NCBI GenBank assembly: GCA_002633005.1
Contig: NMRA01000009.1
Location: 915,169 to 979,168 of the forward strand
Source of the DNA: Phoronis australis
Taxonomy: Eukaryota > Animalia > Phoronida
Length of the DNA: 64,000 bases
Direction of reading: 5' to 3'
Made by a program: the position numbers and the translations under genes. The first letter of the stretch is position 1. Each line of letters starts with the position of its first letter. This document shows positions 1 to 12,702 of this stretch, one piece after another. The notes beneath the pieces are model-generated. The model was not told the origin of the DNA and searched no databases. It saw only the letters and a list, made by a program, of their open reading frames with translations.

Positions 1-54
1 AGCTATAAGTATGTATTTTGAAGTATAAATCTTTATCCATCCAGGAAAGTTCAT

Positions 55-484
55 AATCAAAGACATTAAAGCTTTTCCGCTGGACTGTTGTACTAACTAA
101 AATATTTAACCCCTCGGAAGCATCTCTCTCCTTTCTTGAGGAATGGTTGAATGACTAGAATGGTGGGACAGGTGGAGCTTCACGAGATATGATCTGTAGC
201 ACCGTTCCAAGCAGCGAGATGCAACCTGTAGTACCGTTCCAAGCAGCGAGATGTTATCTTTAGCACCGTTCCAAGCAGCGAGATGCGATGTGTTGCACCG
301 TTCCAAGCAGCGAGATGCGATCTGTAGCACCGTTCCAAGCAGCGAGAGCACAGCGGAAAGTTCCACCTGTCCCACCATTCTAGTCATTCAACCATTCCTC
401 AAGAAGGGAGCGGGATGCTCCTGAGGGCTTACGGATTTTAGTACTATTATAGTCCAGTGGAACATATTTAATGTCTTTGATTAC
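55..484. mobile_element. MITE/foldback element with ~130 bp imperfect inverted repeats enclosing ~29 bp tandem units
   Basis: 55-185 (...CTTGAGGAATGGTTGAATGACTAGAATGGTGGGACAGGTGG) is the reverse complement of 360-484 (CCACCTGTCCCACCATTCTAGTCATTCAACCATTCCTCAAG...). The interior 198-345 holds 5 copies of CACCGTTCCAAGCAGCGAGATG. Outer ends approximate. Confidence 0.75.
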
Positions 485-1578
485 AAGTATGCATCCTTCT
501 AAGACCCTGTAAGAGTGATTTGACTGTACTGTTGAAAGCTACACGTTGTTTAGGTGACTAACATTTCTTATCAAATAGCCTTTATTACAATATTTCACAA
601 GTATTCATCGTCTGCTACTATTCATCGTCTGCTACTATTCATCGTCTGCTTCATGTTAACATTTCGAATATAAGCTAATTCTTCATTTTGCTTTCCCAAA
701 ATACTCAGAATAATTTTTTTCTGAAAGATGTGGTGACTGAACTCAGTAGAATTTGTACTTTAATATATTTTCATGTTGTATGATGAAATTTTTTGCTGGA
801 GCATGATTATGAAGTAGATATTAATTAAATTGAAGTAAATTCTGCGTTATTGTTTTTTCTGTTACCAAACCAGTATAGCTGGCTCTTATAAGTATGACAG
901 TTATGTACATAGTGTCATGCTGTTCAATCTTGTACAACATTGCTGGCTTGTGTAGTGACTTACTTGATACCCAAACAAGTTCATTTGCACATTTTTGATT
1001 AAACCATTTTCTGCGTTCTTGTCCTCGTTTTGGCTTTCATTGTGGTTTGTTGCTGCAGTATTCAGGGGTGATTTCCATAAGGCTAATCTATTGTAAGTTT
1101 GATGAAATCATTGTTGTGTTAGTTTTAGTATTCACAATGAGTCATTCTGTGTCTAACTTTCGTGTATTACTCTGTACTTTTACACTCTACTATTCAGGAG
1201 TTGTCTGGAGATCTTTTCCACTATTTGGTACCTACAAGAACTAGTTGTAACTCATACCTTCCTCGAAAACTTAACTTTTACTTTATACCACATAACTGTG
1301 TCACATGCCTGTGTAATAACCTACAAGGTTTTTGTTATTCTACAGGACATGGCAAAAAATATGAATTAAAACTTAGATACTTAGTATGAATATTTTAAAC
1401 TACACTAGCTGTTATATATAGGCGAATGTTATTAGCCTCGGTTGCTATGCTCAATGAGCATTTTCACTCGGCTTCATGAAAATATTTAATTAGCACAGCA
1501 ACTTTGACAAATAACATTGGCTCATTTAAAATCATGTGTAGTTTACCATATATTTATGCTGTCCCATTTTCATGACAG

Positions 1579-2461
1579 GTATGACTTTACTTTTACACTA
1601 CCACCAGACATGCTAGGCACAGTCATGTATGTGAACAGTGACAAAGAGGGAGGCATGGTTACTTACTCAATAGGGGCCATACTTTCACTAGCCACTGGAG
1701 GCTCTGTTTACTCAGATGAAGCCTTCGTCCCTGTACAGAGGCTGCTGTGTAGAGAAGACCCGTTCATCAGCCCGCAAGTCTGGTCTCGGTCGCCTGAGAA
1801 GGAGGAGAAAGAATCGACCGGGTTGACAGGTTCGGGGGGTGACATCATTGCCAGAGTGACCCTGCGACCTGGCATCTTTGTAGTCGATGGGCAAGACTTG
1901 ATGATCGACTTGCATGTGATCAACAAAAGCAAGAAGACCTTCAAGAAGGTCAAGGCATTTCTAGTCCAGCACATAAGGTTCAGGTACAAAGGTGAGACCA
2001 AGTACGAGACCGATAAACAAGTATGTGAAATCAAAATACCCATCAACCTTCGTCCTCGTGATGAAATAACCATGCGAGGGATCCGTCTTCCAATCCCTGT
2101 GGGTCTGGAACCCACACTGGATAAGCACGGTGGTTCTAGGTGGAGTGATAACTTGGCTATCAGGTATGAAGTACAAGTCGGCTTGTATACAGGTCACCAC
2201 ATTCCTAGTCCATTCATCTGTTTTGAAAATGTTGTGATTGGCTCACGTCCTCGAGGTTTGGATCCCAATCAACCAATCGATGACCAAGTGGGTGGAGGGG
2301 ATCTGTTTGGCCGCGGTAACTATGAGTATAAAACATGTGATGTGAGGGTTTGTGTCAAGAAAGCTTTCTGCAGTGCAAAGCAGGCAATAGTGGCCTCTGG
2401 TCGCGATGCTATTAAAGAAGTGTCAAAGATGGAGAAGAAGATGAAAGAAAAGAGCAAATAA
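1579..2461 (+). CDS. Arrestin domain-containing protein, last coding exon (upstream exons not identified)
   Basis: Acceptor TTTTCATGACAG at 1567-1578, then open frame YDFTFTLPPDMLGT...IDLHVINKSKKTFKKVKAFLVQH...LPIPVGLEPT...LAIRYEVQV to TAA at 2461. These resemble the end of the arrestin N domain and the C domain (cf. beta-arrestin [22 protein letters not shown]). Confidence 0.75.
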
Positions 2462-5400
2462 TCACAACACACACATTTTGTAATAGTCTGTGTTGTTCAC
2501 AAAAGTTTTTGATTTGTTATTAAATTCTGTCTGATATTTTAAGCCTAAGTGTGTTTACATTTACAGTTGTGATAATTTACTAGTGTTTGAATTGATTCAA
2601 AGAACTTTTGCAATCAACCAGGGCCCAACGTCTGATTTCTGTATTCCAAGCTTAACTGGAAAATTGTAACATTGCATGTCATGCTTCCAGTAACCTTTAA
2701 AATGTAATTTGTACTGGATCAAACAGTGCGATTGGTTGAATGTCGAGTTTGAGTTCAAAGGTTAGATTCTGTTCCCTGATTTTAGGTGTCCTATGTGACC
2801 AAAATACAGGTTAAGAATTGTTTTTGCATGACCCAAACGTTGTTGCTAACCTTGCCTGATGTCCACTAACTTTTTATTAGACTGGGCTGTGTTTTATTAT
2901 GACACTAAATTTATACATTATCCACTGGTGGTGGTTTGACATATATTCTGTAATAATCTATATTTACCTCTGGCTATGTAATGTATTACAAGGGTATACA
3001 TATAGTCTTGCAGATTTTGTAATGTAGTTTTTAGTTCCCTTGGTTGCTCAATCAACAAATGTTGTTATTGCTGTTCCTTTGTTTAATAATTCACATGTTT
3101 CGCCAAATTGCACACCTTGCTTATCTGTATTTATTCAACACAAGTTTCATTTGTGCAACATGATTGGCATAAATGCATTTCTGAGTTTTTGAAAATTTTC
3201 ATTCTTAAACATCCACCTGGTGTGATTTTTAGTTCCTCTATTCAGACATTATGAGCATTAACGAGGATGACCATAATTTATCCATGATATATTTTGTTGT
3301 GTAATCTAGTCTTTGGGATACCTTTCTTGTTTCAGAGATTATCTTTTGAAGCTTAGAATCCCTCGCTAAAAAACGAAAGTTTTTACTCTGATCTGTTGTC
3401 CCAGGTGCTATTAGTATTGGTATTCACCCAGTCCTATTTTAAAGGGCATTTGGCCAGTGTTTAGCTGTTAATGTTGAATTTTTAATCGAAAGCACTTTGG
3501 GGTTAAAATGTCACATCACTTATCTGTTACTGGAACTGGCTGTTATAGGATGTATACAGCAAGTTTGTGTGATCTTAGTCTCATTGAACTTTGATTTTGT
3601 TGTACTGTCTTGTTGAGTGGATGACAATCACACCATTTTTGGTTTTGCTACTTACATTTACCTAACTACCGGTTGTACTAGTTGTGGCTGATATCCTAAG
3701 ATTAAAACATCATTCTAAAATTGTTTACATTGTATCTTCCACACGAATATATCAACAGTGTCAAGCTACATGTGTCAGTTTACATTGTATCTTCCACACG
3801 AATATATCAACAGTGTCAAACTACTTGTGTCAGTTTGTTTCTTGGCCTTGAATTGGTCTTGTTTTTTACTGCTGCTGTATTAGGCAGTCCTTTAAACGCT
3901 CTGATGTCATTGGGGCAAGTCTTGTCTTCAGGTGAACAAGGGTAGTCTGTAGAGAGTTTTAAGTAACTAAAACTCTTCAGTTTGAGTTGACATTGTGAGA
4001 AATTAATGAGGCCTGTTATTTATTTTATGTAAATGGAAACGGTTAAAATGGTGATCAAAAATCAGGCTTGTGAAATTCCAAATTTATTCATATAAACGTA
4101 GAAAAATTTGTGAAATCATTTTCTTGACGTGATTGTATTGATTATTCTTACTGGTATACCTGCTGAAATTACAGTTCCTTGTATCTTGTATTTTTTGATA
4201 AACCTGATATGCAGGAGGACAAAATTATCATGGTTGCACATTATCCATGCTTTGTAATGCAAGGTGGCTGGTGTCACAAAAGTCTGTTTTGGAGTGTTTG
4301 GCAGAACATGTAGGTCCAGTGCTTGACAATGCCTTTTCCTTATATTTATGACTGATGATTTTGACATGCACATGTATGCTTAACATCTTATCCGCCAACA
4401 GAAGGGGATTTTTCATGATTTTAGACTTTTTTACCATCAAACTCTGATTTGACCTTGTATCTATAATACAACACCAGAAGTAGACTCCAGTAAACAATAG
4501 AAGCGATGTGATGATTAAAGGACCCTGTGTGTTTTCTAGTTCAAAAGATGGAAATGTAGTGAAATTCAAGGATTGCAACATTCTCCTTCTTTAAATATAA
4601 AAACAATCAAGGTTGCACGGGCAAGTGCAGCGAAGCTAATCTGTTTCTCCTTCCCACGAAAAGTTTACCATAAACAAGGTTACGTGGTCAACCATTTGGA
4701 AACGCAGTTGAATACCCAAAATTCCTTGATAAAGACTTGAATATCACTATTAACTGGTGATCACTTAGTCTACATAATACATTGTTACGTTGTACGTGGG
4801 AATTTCGCAAATCGTATATTCGGCTGATTACTATCCGATTCCTTCCGCTGAATCCTCGGGGACATTCAGCTGACTGCAAGGAAGTCTTGCAGAGGTTCAG
4901 TTGTCGCAGAACACTTGTCTACTTTATTTCTACGATCTCACGCATTACTGCGATTGCTGTTTTGGCAACCAGCCCAAACCGATCACAAATACGCCTGACT
5001 TCAAGTTCGTGCGCGCCATGTTTTATCCCGGATCCCATCGGCCACAATTTTGGGTTACAAGATGCCCAGAATATAGCAAAAATGACTGTTCATCATTGTC
5101 AAGTCAGTAGTCCAAGTTCACAAGAACTTTTTGAATAAATTGTTCAAGATAAAGACATGATAGTGGTATTGAGATGTCTAGTATGGTCCAGGACGTATGG
5201 TCAAGCTCGGTGGAATATTCGACAACAGTACTGTCTTCAGCTAGCAGTGCATCGATACCGTAAGCTATTTATCAAGACTACGCCCCACTATAGGCCTACC
5301 GTCTCTTACTGTGCGTAAGTACTACTTTTAAGATGTAAAAATGTGATTGGCTGCGTCTATACGTACTTATACGCCCCACCACAGCGTTGACCATGGCCAT

Positions 5401-5885
5401 GAAAGAAAATCACGTGGAAACACACATTTCTGTTGATTTATTTAGCCCACTCAAGTACAGAAGCGCTGCAAGAGAGAGGAGACGTAGGATAACAAAGAAT
5501 ATTTCCTCGGTCATTGCCATCACGAGCTCACGTGCATACAGTTCACAAAAGTACGACGTGTGAAACAAGCCTACTAAAATCACACTTATTTAGTACATTT
5601 GAATTTGACACGTACTTTCACTTCACTTTGTGCAGAAGAATTAGCAAAACGTGTACCATGCATTTCCTATTTCAGGCTGGCAACAGCATCTCCCCTGGTG
5701 GGCATATAAGTTATCATTGAATATGCCCCTATTTTCGAGTAGGAAATGTGATAATACTAATTCTTAGTTCTTTTCGCCTTATTCATTTTAACTTGATGTT
5801 TGTTTGATTGGGTCAACGATTAAGTCACGGTGATCAAGGAACCATGTTTATATTTTTAATCGTTGCGAGAGTATTGATCCACAGC

Positions 5886-7564
5886 TCACTGTAGGCCGTT
5901 CGGTGGTCCGGAACGCGGCAGGCGGCGGGGTCGATCAGCATCACCATGGCGACTGTTACGGTTGCCCCTGGAATCGTTCATCCTCCGCCTGCCGTGCCGA
6001 TTAATATCGTGGCTGTCGCTTCCTAACCACCCTGTCTGCCTGTTGGTTGCCGTTTTACAATCCGGTGACGGCTTGTCGGTAGGATTCCAATCCGGTGTTG
6101 GCTTGTCGGTTGGATTCCAATCCGGTGTTGGCTTATCGGTTGGATTCCAATTCGGTGTTGGCTTGTTGGTTGGTTTCCAATCCGGTGTTGGCTTATCGGT
6201 TGGTTTCCAGTTGAAAGGGAGACCATCCATCTTTTCGTCGTTGCCGTGTTTCTTCATGTTCTCAAATTCTGAAAATGAACGCGTAACTCGACGTTGGCAA
6301 GGCCTATCACTCAAAGTATACATAAGACTGACTGATGGACAGCGATATGTCGCAAATTGTTGTCTTTCCCGACACTTTTTTTTTACAGAATTGCAGTTGC
6401 CCTAATGTCACAATTCCGCCTCTGACTAATAGTGGTTCCCGGTTGCTCATTTTTTGCGGTACTTCAGTATTTACATAAAATTATCGTCACATTTTTTATT
6501 TGCCTTAGTATATATCAAACTGACGCAGATTAAATTTTAAAAGCATCCAAATTTAGTTCTCAGTTTATTGCTCAATCTTGGATTTTCCAGAAATGTGAGC
6601 TGATGCAACATTATTTTGAGAAAGACTCCCGATAATCTATGTGTGCCTCGACTTGTACTGTTTATGAACGATGATTTCGATATTTAATTATGTCCGGCGA
6701 AAAGCAATATATTAACAGACTGAGCTGCTGCACATCCAGGTTTGATAAATGCACGCGCCTGCATAACATAACGCGGCCTCTCACCGTGCACTGAGCATGC
6801 CTTGCAAACACAACACAAATGTGCGAATCAAAATTTAAAACATCACTTGTACCACTATGTTGTCACAAGAAATGACGATTATTTCGCCAACCTATGTCCT
6901 CTTTTTCATCTCTTGAAATCGAGCTTTTCCGTCGAACATAAAAAAATATTTTCCGTGCTTGGACTTGATTTTTGCAGTTCTGGGTTGCGTTTCTTTTCAA
7001 CTCCCTTATGTGACCTAGGCTTATATGGAGAATGTAGTTTTGGTATTGCAGGTGCACGTTTTCAAGCCTGTAAGTATAGCATTTGGCTCGCTCGAAAAAT
7101 AAATGGGTTACAGTCAGGGTTGAGTACTTATATCGTCATTGAACTTTGACGACGTGACAAATTCAATCGTCGCTGAGGTTTCTTCTTACCAAATTTCATG
7201 CTTTCAGGCTTGAGATGCAGCCACTTCATCATCCAGGGAATATGTACCACCCAAAAGTAAATTGCCAGCCCCCAAAACAGCAGACCGAACCCCAGCGCTA
7301 TGATGGTACATCCGCTAGCACACCGACGTTTCCTGGTCGATCCATGGTAGTCAGCTGTTCGGTGGTCCACGTAAGACAGAACGGATTGTACGAGACCAAT
7401 CAGGCCGCAAAACGACCCCGGGACTCCGGCGAAGAGCGTGGCGATCAGAGACCAAACCAAGTGGGACCTGTAAAAGTCATAGAACCGGGATTTAGTCCGC
7501 GAAGTCTGGGATTTGGATAGATTATTCGTTGCATCTCTTATTTGCTGGGGCGTAGAATTTTTAT
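5886..7564 (-). CDS. CD225/dispanin (IFITM/PRRT-like) membrane protein with C-terminal WxPTDKPTPD repeats; exons 7564-7190 and 6268-5886; upstream exons unresolved
   Basis: SHLVWSLIATLFAGVPGSFCGLIGLVQSVLSYVDHRTADYHGSTRKRRCASGCTIIALGFGLLFWGLAIYFW fits the CD225 layout (hydrophobic segment, intracellular loop, TM helix). Acceptor CAG before 7564. The phase-1 donor G|GTAAGA at 7190 matches the phase-1 acceptor TTTTCAG|AA at 6268. Candidate upstream exons near 10063-9928 and a donor at 11605 could not be joined in frame. Confidence 0.6.
6060..6213 (-). repeat. Coding tandem repeat, 30 bp x ~5 (W[KN]PT[DN]KP[TS]P[DN])
   Basis: Unit AATCCGGTGTTGGCTT(A/G)TCGGTTGGATTCC on +, frame-preserving inside the putative exon. 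Confidence 0.9.
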
Positions 7565-7859
7565 CTGATGGACAGACGTATGTATAATAAGGAAAAATCA
7601 GCACGAACGATAAACGGTCAACTGCACATAACGGTTCTAGACCCTTGACCCGTTATGTTTATTTCAGCACAATTGATCAAAACAGAATTATTGACCGTTT
7701 TAATTCCCCCTTCGCGAATTACAAATTACTTTTAACACTTACTGATTTACCAAAACTGAGTGAAATTACTTTTTCATAGGCGAAAAAGAAAATGATAGTA
7801 CAAGTGGACATGATGGATCAAAATGGACAAAATGGGTCAACATCAACGTAGTGAGACAA

Positions 7860-8190
7860 AACCGTGAAAATAGATCAAAATGAACCGTAATGGGATAAAA
7901 TCGGTATAATGGGTCAAAATGAACGTAATTGAACAAAATCGATATAATGGGTCAAAATGAGGGACGAAATCGATATAATGGGTCAAAATGAGGGACGAAA
8001 TCGATATAATGGGTCAAAATGAGGGACGAAATCGATATAATGGGTCAAAATGAGGGACGAAATCGATATAATGGGTCAAAATGAACGTAATTGAACAAAA
8101 TCGATATAATGGGTCAAAATGAACGCAATGGTCAAAATCGATATAATGGGTCAAAATGAGGGACGAAATCGATATAATGGGTCAAAATAT
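7860..8190. repeat. Minisatellite, ~31 bp unit
   Basis: Repeated AAATCGATATAATGGGTCAAAATGAGGGACG with variant ...AATGAACGTAATTGAAC units. Confidence 0.9.
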
Positions 8191-10299
8191 ACAATGTGTC
8201 AGAACAGCCCAGTGTTACGTTAAACTTTCGTTAATGAAATGCACGGCAAGTCAAGTGAGTTTTGAAACAGTTTTAGTTTCCTATTTTTGGCATAGTAATG
8301 TGCTGCTCTAGCAAACATGGAAGCAAGCCACAGTTTAAAAGTAAATACTAACAAGCACTTTCTCTCACAGTAGGCTAATAAAAAGACAATATTTCTAATA
8401 CGAGCGCGGATTTGCGTAAGAATAATCTTCCAGAATCAAAGAAGTGAACAGCGAATGTATTAAATTTCAGGTGATGACGTAGTGCGCATGCTGGATATGT
8501 GAACCTTTTCAAATAACATATTGTCAGTTAATGGACATGAAGCACAGATTAATTCATTTCGTAGGGTATAAAAGGTGTTTTGACTGATATCTTTAGGTCT
8601 GTTTTGTAAATTGTAATTGCTCGTGTTCAGGTAATTAACCTTCATCTTTCCGATTAACATTGTTATTTCATGACGAAGACACAAGAAGAATGAATTCTTT
8701 ACGTTTCAACTGGCATCATGTAATCTGAGTCTGCTACATGCTGATGACATGGAAGTTTGTATTAGGTGTTAAGAAAATAAACCTTCGCTACAAATCACCC
8801 AGTTGTATTCCATAAGTTTTTTTAATAAAAGCTACAGACATATCACACGAAAATATATATTTTTAAAGAAGAATGTGCAAAGTCGCATTTCATGTAGAAG
8901 ATGATAACTACCGATAGTCAGAATTTGTTTGGGGGGGAAGGGGGAGGGGTGTGCTTCTCTTCACACATGATCCAACATCCTTCTGATCATTCCTGGAATC
9001 TCTAAACACGCCAGCGCATGCAATACTTCCTGTGCCGTATTTGCTCTCCGGGAATCTTAAAAAAAATGGTTTATTGCTTCTTATAGTTCGATATGTTCAG
9101 GTTGTATTGAATGATGATTAGTTGAATATGTAAATCATTCATTTCGAAAGGTCTTTAGAGAAACCTAGACGTTTTTCTCGCTGTTGATGTTGATACAGAG
9201 ATAAATAGAAAACAGGGACATTCAGTTTTTACATTTCATTTTCCTCAAATGAACATTCTAACTGAGAATTGGTGTTAGTCTTGATAAGGTGGTATAATGT
9301 GTCGATGCGCTGGTTATACACTAGACGGCAGTGCTTTTCGTAACACAACTTGGGGAGTGGACAAACTTCATCATTGATGATCTGAATTTACAAAACATTC
9401 TGTATACCTATAGACCCTATGTGGACAGCGCTGTATGAAGCGCCAAAGTGTTCTTAAACGAGCACCTTTCAGCGCGTTGAAATGTGCTTAGTCACTCTAC
9501 GTCTTTTACTTACATTTGGTAAAGTGAGTTGACAATGTCAGTTATCATCTGCAGGAAAATGCATCTGTGCGCCAAACAAATTTAGCAATTCAATCTAAGA
9601 TAACAAAGATAACGTGAATTTTAATTTTTCCTCATTTGTATTGTTCGAGAACAAAAGGCGCGTTGTTGTATTTAATTTGATTTCTCTGCTGAGATAAAAC
9701 AAGTTGAGTTACAATACAAGTATGAGTTACAATACAATCGCGCAACGAACCAAGTCGCCTAGTGTGTTCCAGAATTTTGAAATTTTAAGTTCGTCAAAAA
9801 CTAAATTATGTCCTATAACATGATAATTTAGTGCAACAATAAGATCGTGTAGCATAGATGCGCTATATTTTCGAAAGTTCGAGCAATTGAGATCAGAACA
9901 ATCATTGAGTCTACGTTTTTAACATACCAGCTCCATTTAGGCTTGTTTTCTCTAATCTGCTTCACAGCTGGTGCATTTGCCATGGAGATGGCAACAACCT
10001 CTACCTCAGGTAGAGCTTCCTTTTCATGCACTTTCAGCGGTGCGACTGCTTTCGGCTTCATACCTACACAATGGTCAATAAAAAACATGAGTCATCAGGG
10101 ACTGAAATTTAGGACCCTTTGTTAAAAAACGTGCCTTTCTTGTCCAAACGTCGACAACAAATTTCGGTTTCTATCTCTTGTAATAAATCAAAAACGGTTC
10201 TGGGCTCAATTCACATTTTGTTCTATTAGCTAACCCGTTGCTCGCTCGGGTTCACGTGTGCTGCACCACAAGGCAGTCAATTTAGTAATATTGGTTGCT

Positions 10300-10850
10300 G
10301 AACTCCTTTATTGCTTCGGTAATGACAAACAATCAAAAAGATTGCAAACCCAGAGACAGTCTTCAGATGAAGACCCTCTTCGGGCCTTTAACTTCTTTAA
10401 ACTATGGGTGATGGTGGCCCACACACACCAGCACCAAAGAAGGCCAACTAGTGCTGGATGGATGTCTGTCCTCCTTGCTAGCAGGAAACGACTGGCCACT
10501 ACAAGGGACTCTGCCAGGTCTTTTCACTTCTCCTCCACCAAATCCATTGACGCTACCTCAGCTGCAGTATATATCTTTCTGACAAATTGGTTCTTGTCAC
10601 GGGGTGGTAAAGCTGCCTGTCTTACAGATGACAGTCCATAAAGAAGAGCCAGGAAGCCTCTAGCTCCAACTTCCACTTCTATACTAAATTGATGGTGTTT
10701 GTTTCGCAAGTTTTGACACAATTCCTCATACTTATCCATCTTGAATTCACGACTATCCTCAATACGAGCTTCATTTGAGACAGTTAGCTCGACTAGATCC
10801 ACAATATCTGGGAGTCGCAATTTTTGTGATCACTTTAGGGTAGGAGCCAT
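10300..10850 (-). mobile_element. 5'-truncated non-LTR retrotransposon fragment: C-terminal restriction-like endonuclease (RLE) domain plus putative 3' UTR
   Basis: ORF 10820-10524 RLPDIV..VELTVSNEARIEDSREFKMDKYEEL...VEVGARGF matches the PD..(D/E)..K..KY..L...G pattern of R2/NeSL/HERO-group RLE domains. No RT domain visible. Confidence 0.75.
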
Positions 10851-11019
10851 CAGTCTTTAACCTGCGGCTAACTTCTAATTAGTTTATCTATATAGTTTTA
10901 ACATTCGGTCATTATACTTTGAGAAAACCTTAGTGCGACACTTGTTTCGTCGCTGGATTTCAAATTTCAATAAAATTTGCCGTTCACTAAAACTTAAAGC
11001 GTTCAGTTATTTACTGAGA

Positions 11020-11088
11020 CATGGGCGGCGCAGCACTGAAGAAAGTGGGGGGCTATAGCCCCCAGCCCCCTATGGTGCCCCGCCCATG
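11020..11088. mobile_element. ~70 bp hairpin-ended mini-element; related copies at ~15645-15710 and (reverse) ~54690-54766
   Basis: CATGGGCGG...CCGCCCATG termini. The core CAG(C/T)ACTGAA(A/G)AAAGTG(G/A)GGG..CTA(T/A)AG is shared by three loci. Confidence 0.55.
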
Positions 11089-12497
11089 TGAGAGCAGTAA
11101 CGCACACAATTCCTAAAAGTTCTTCCTAGCTGGAAGATAATATTTTGATTTATTTTTGTATGATTGCTGTTTTTCATTTTTGATATAAGGTTTTGTGATA
11201 CACTTTATTTCATCAGTTGTTATCTCGTTTTCAAGATACGTAGTTTAAAAGTACGTATTACACCGATAATACTCTGAAATCCCAGTTCCGACTGGAGTCC
11301 CCATGGCTCACGACTGAATTTGGTCACCGGTGTGAAGTTTACAGGCGACCTCATGGACTTTGTTCCTTATAATAGGTGTTTGTTGGTCCGGAACTGGGGT
11401 TTACTGAAGACCAGGATCCTAGCAGGAATTTTGAGGCGCGGTCATGGAATCGTCTCATGTTAGTCTTTGCATTTAACAGTTTTTATGTATTGAAGATCTG
11501 AATATATTGCAGATAAAAATGCATTTGATTTTCACTTAATATTGTCGTGTTGTTTTTCAAGAAACTTAGATGAAAAAAATGAATTATTCATATTGATATA
11601 CTCACCTGCGTTTCTTGTGAGCGCGGAAGTTTCGCTGATAGCACCTGCAAGAAGACCGACCCCGCGGACAAAATGTCTGCCTGGGAGGGTTATGAAAACG
11701 TCACACAATAAAAATATACGGTCGTCGCCCTGACCGAGTTCATTTCAATTGTCATGAGAAGACCTGAATGAAAGAACTGGGCTGTGTGCCCAGTTTTGTA
11801 TGACGTACATGTACCTGAAAGGGATCTATGGGCAACTTTCCAATGAACAAAATGGCGTTCCCGTCAGTGAATTGTAATCGTGCAGGTTTTGAATTACGTA
11901 AAGGTCACACATAATAAAATGGGTGCAGTGATCTATGTTAGTATATTTTTAGCTATATTTTTACTGTTACAAGTCAAATAAATAATAACATTGTAACTTC
12001 TGTATAGCTTTGTCTTGTAAAGTATATGTTTATACTCTGTAAGGAAATCATTACACAACTGATGTACGAACTGAAGCGGTGTACATCGGCGATCGCTAGC
12101 ATTCAGTTAAAACATGATCTCAATCCTTCGAGTCCGATACCTGATCCCCGCGAATAGTGAATCGCTTTTGTGTGTTGTTCATGTTGGTCTTTGCTTTGTG
12201 CAGTGTTTTTGAAAGCTTTTATTCTATGTACAACGTGATGAAGGGTAAATATGAGTGTGGTATGTCACACGAAATTTCACAACAAAACGTCCTTGAATCA
12301 ACATTTTCAGTTAGACTCTGTCTTACACGTGTTCCGAAATTTTATTAATATTCTGTTTTCGATTTACTTTTTCGTTTTATTTTATTTTGTTTGTATTTTA
12401 AAACATGTGAACAACTAAACCAAATAAGTAAAGAAAGTAAATCAAATGCTTTGCTGGTTCAAGTATTGAAAAGAAAAGATAAAAAGACGTAGGCCAG

Positions 12498-12702
12498 GTA
12501 AATTACAGTGCGTGTGTTTTTTTAATCTGAGCATTTGAGTACTTGTGTGGCTGTATGCACATGTAAATTACAGTGCGTGTGTTCTTTTAATCTAAGCCTT
12601 TGAGTACTTGTGTGGCCGTATGCACATGTAAATTACAGTGCGTGTGTTCTTTTAATCTAAGCCTTTGAGTACTTGTGTGGCTGTATGCACATGTAAATTA
12701 CA
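12498..12702. repeat. Tandem repeat, 66 bp x 3
   Basis: GTAAATTACAGTGCGTGTGTT...GAGTACTTGTGTGGCTGTATGCACAT repeated three times. Confidence 0.9.

Noticed and set aside
5962-6405. Plus-strand 147 aa ORF with GLSVGFQSGV repeats
   Set aside because: Antisense shadow of the minus-strand repeat exon, which has the phase-matched splice sites.
8968-9928. Possible extra CD225-gene exon (~9055-8968) whose junction with donor 9928 would create an in-frame TGA (selenocysteine idea)
   Set aside because: The donor is weak, no SECIS element was identified, and a wrong exon model is the simpler explanation.
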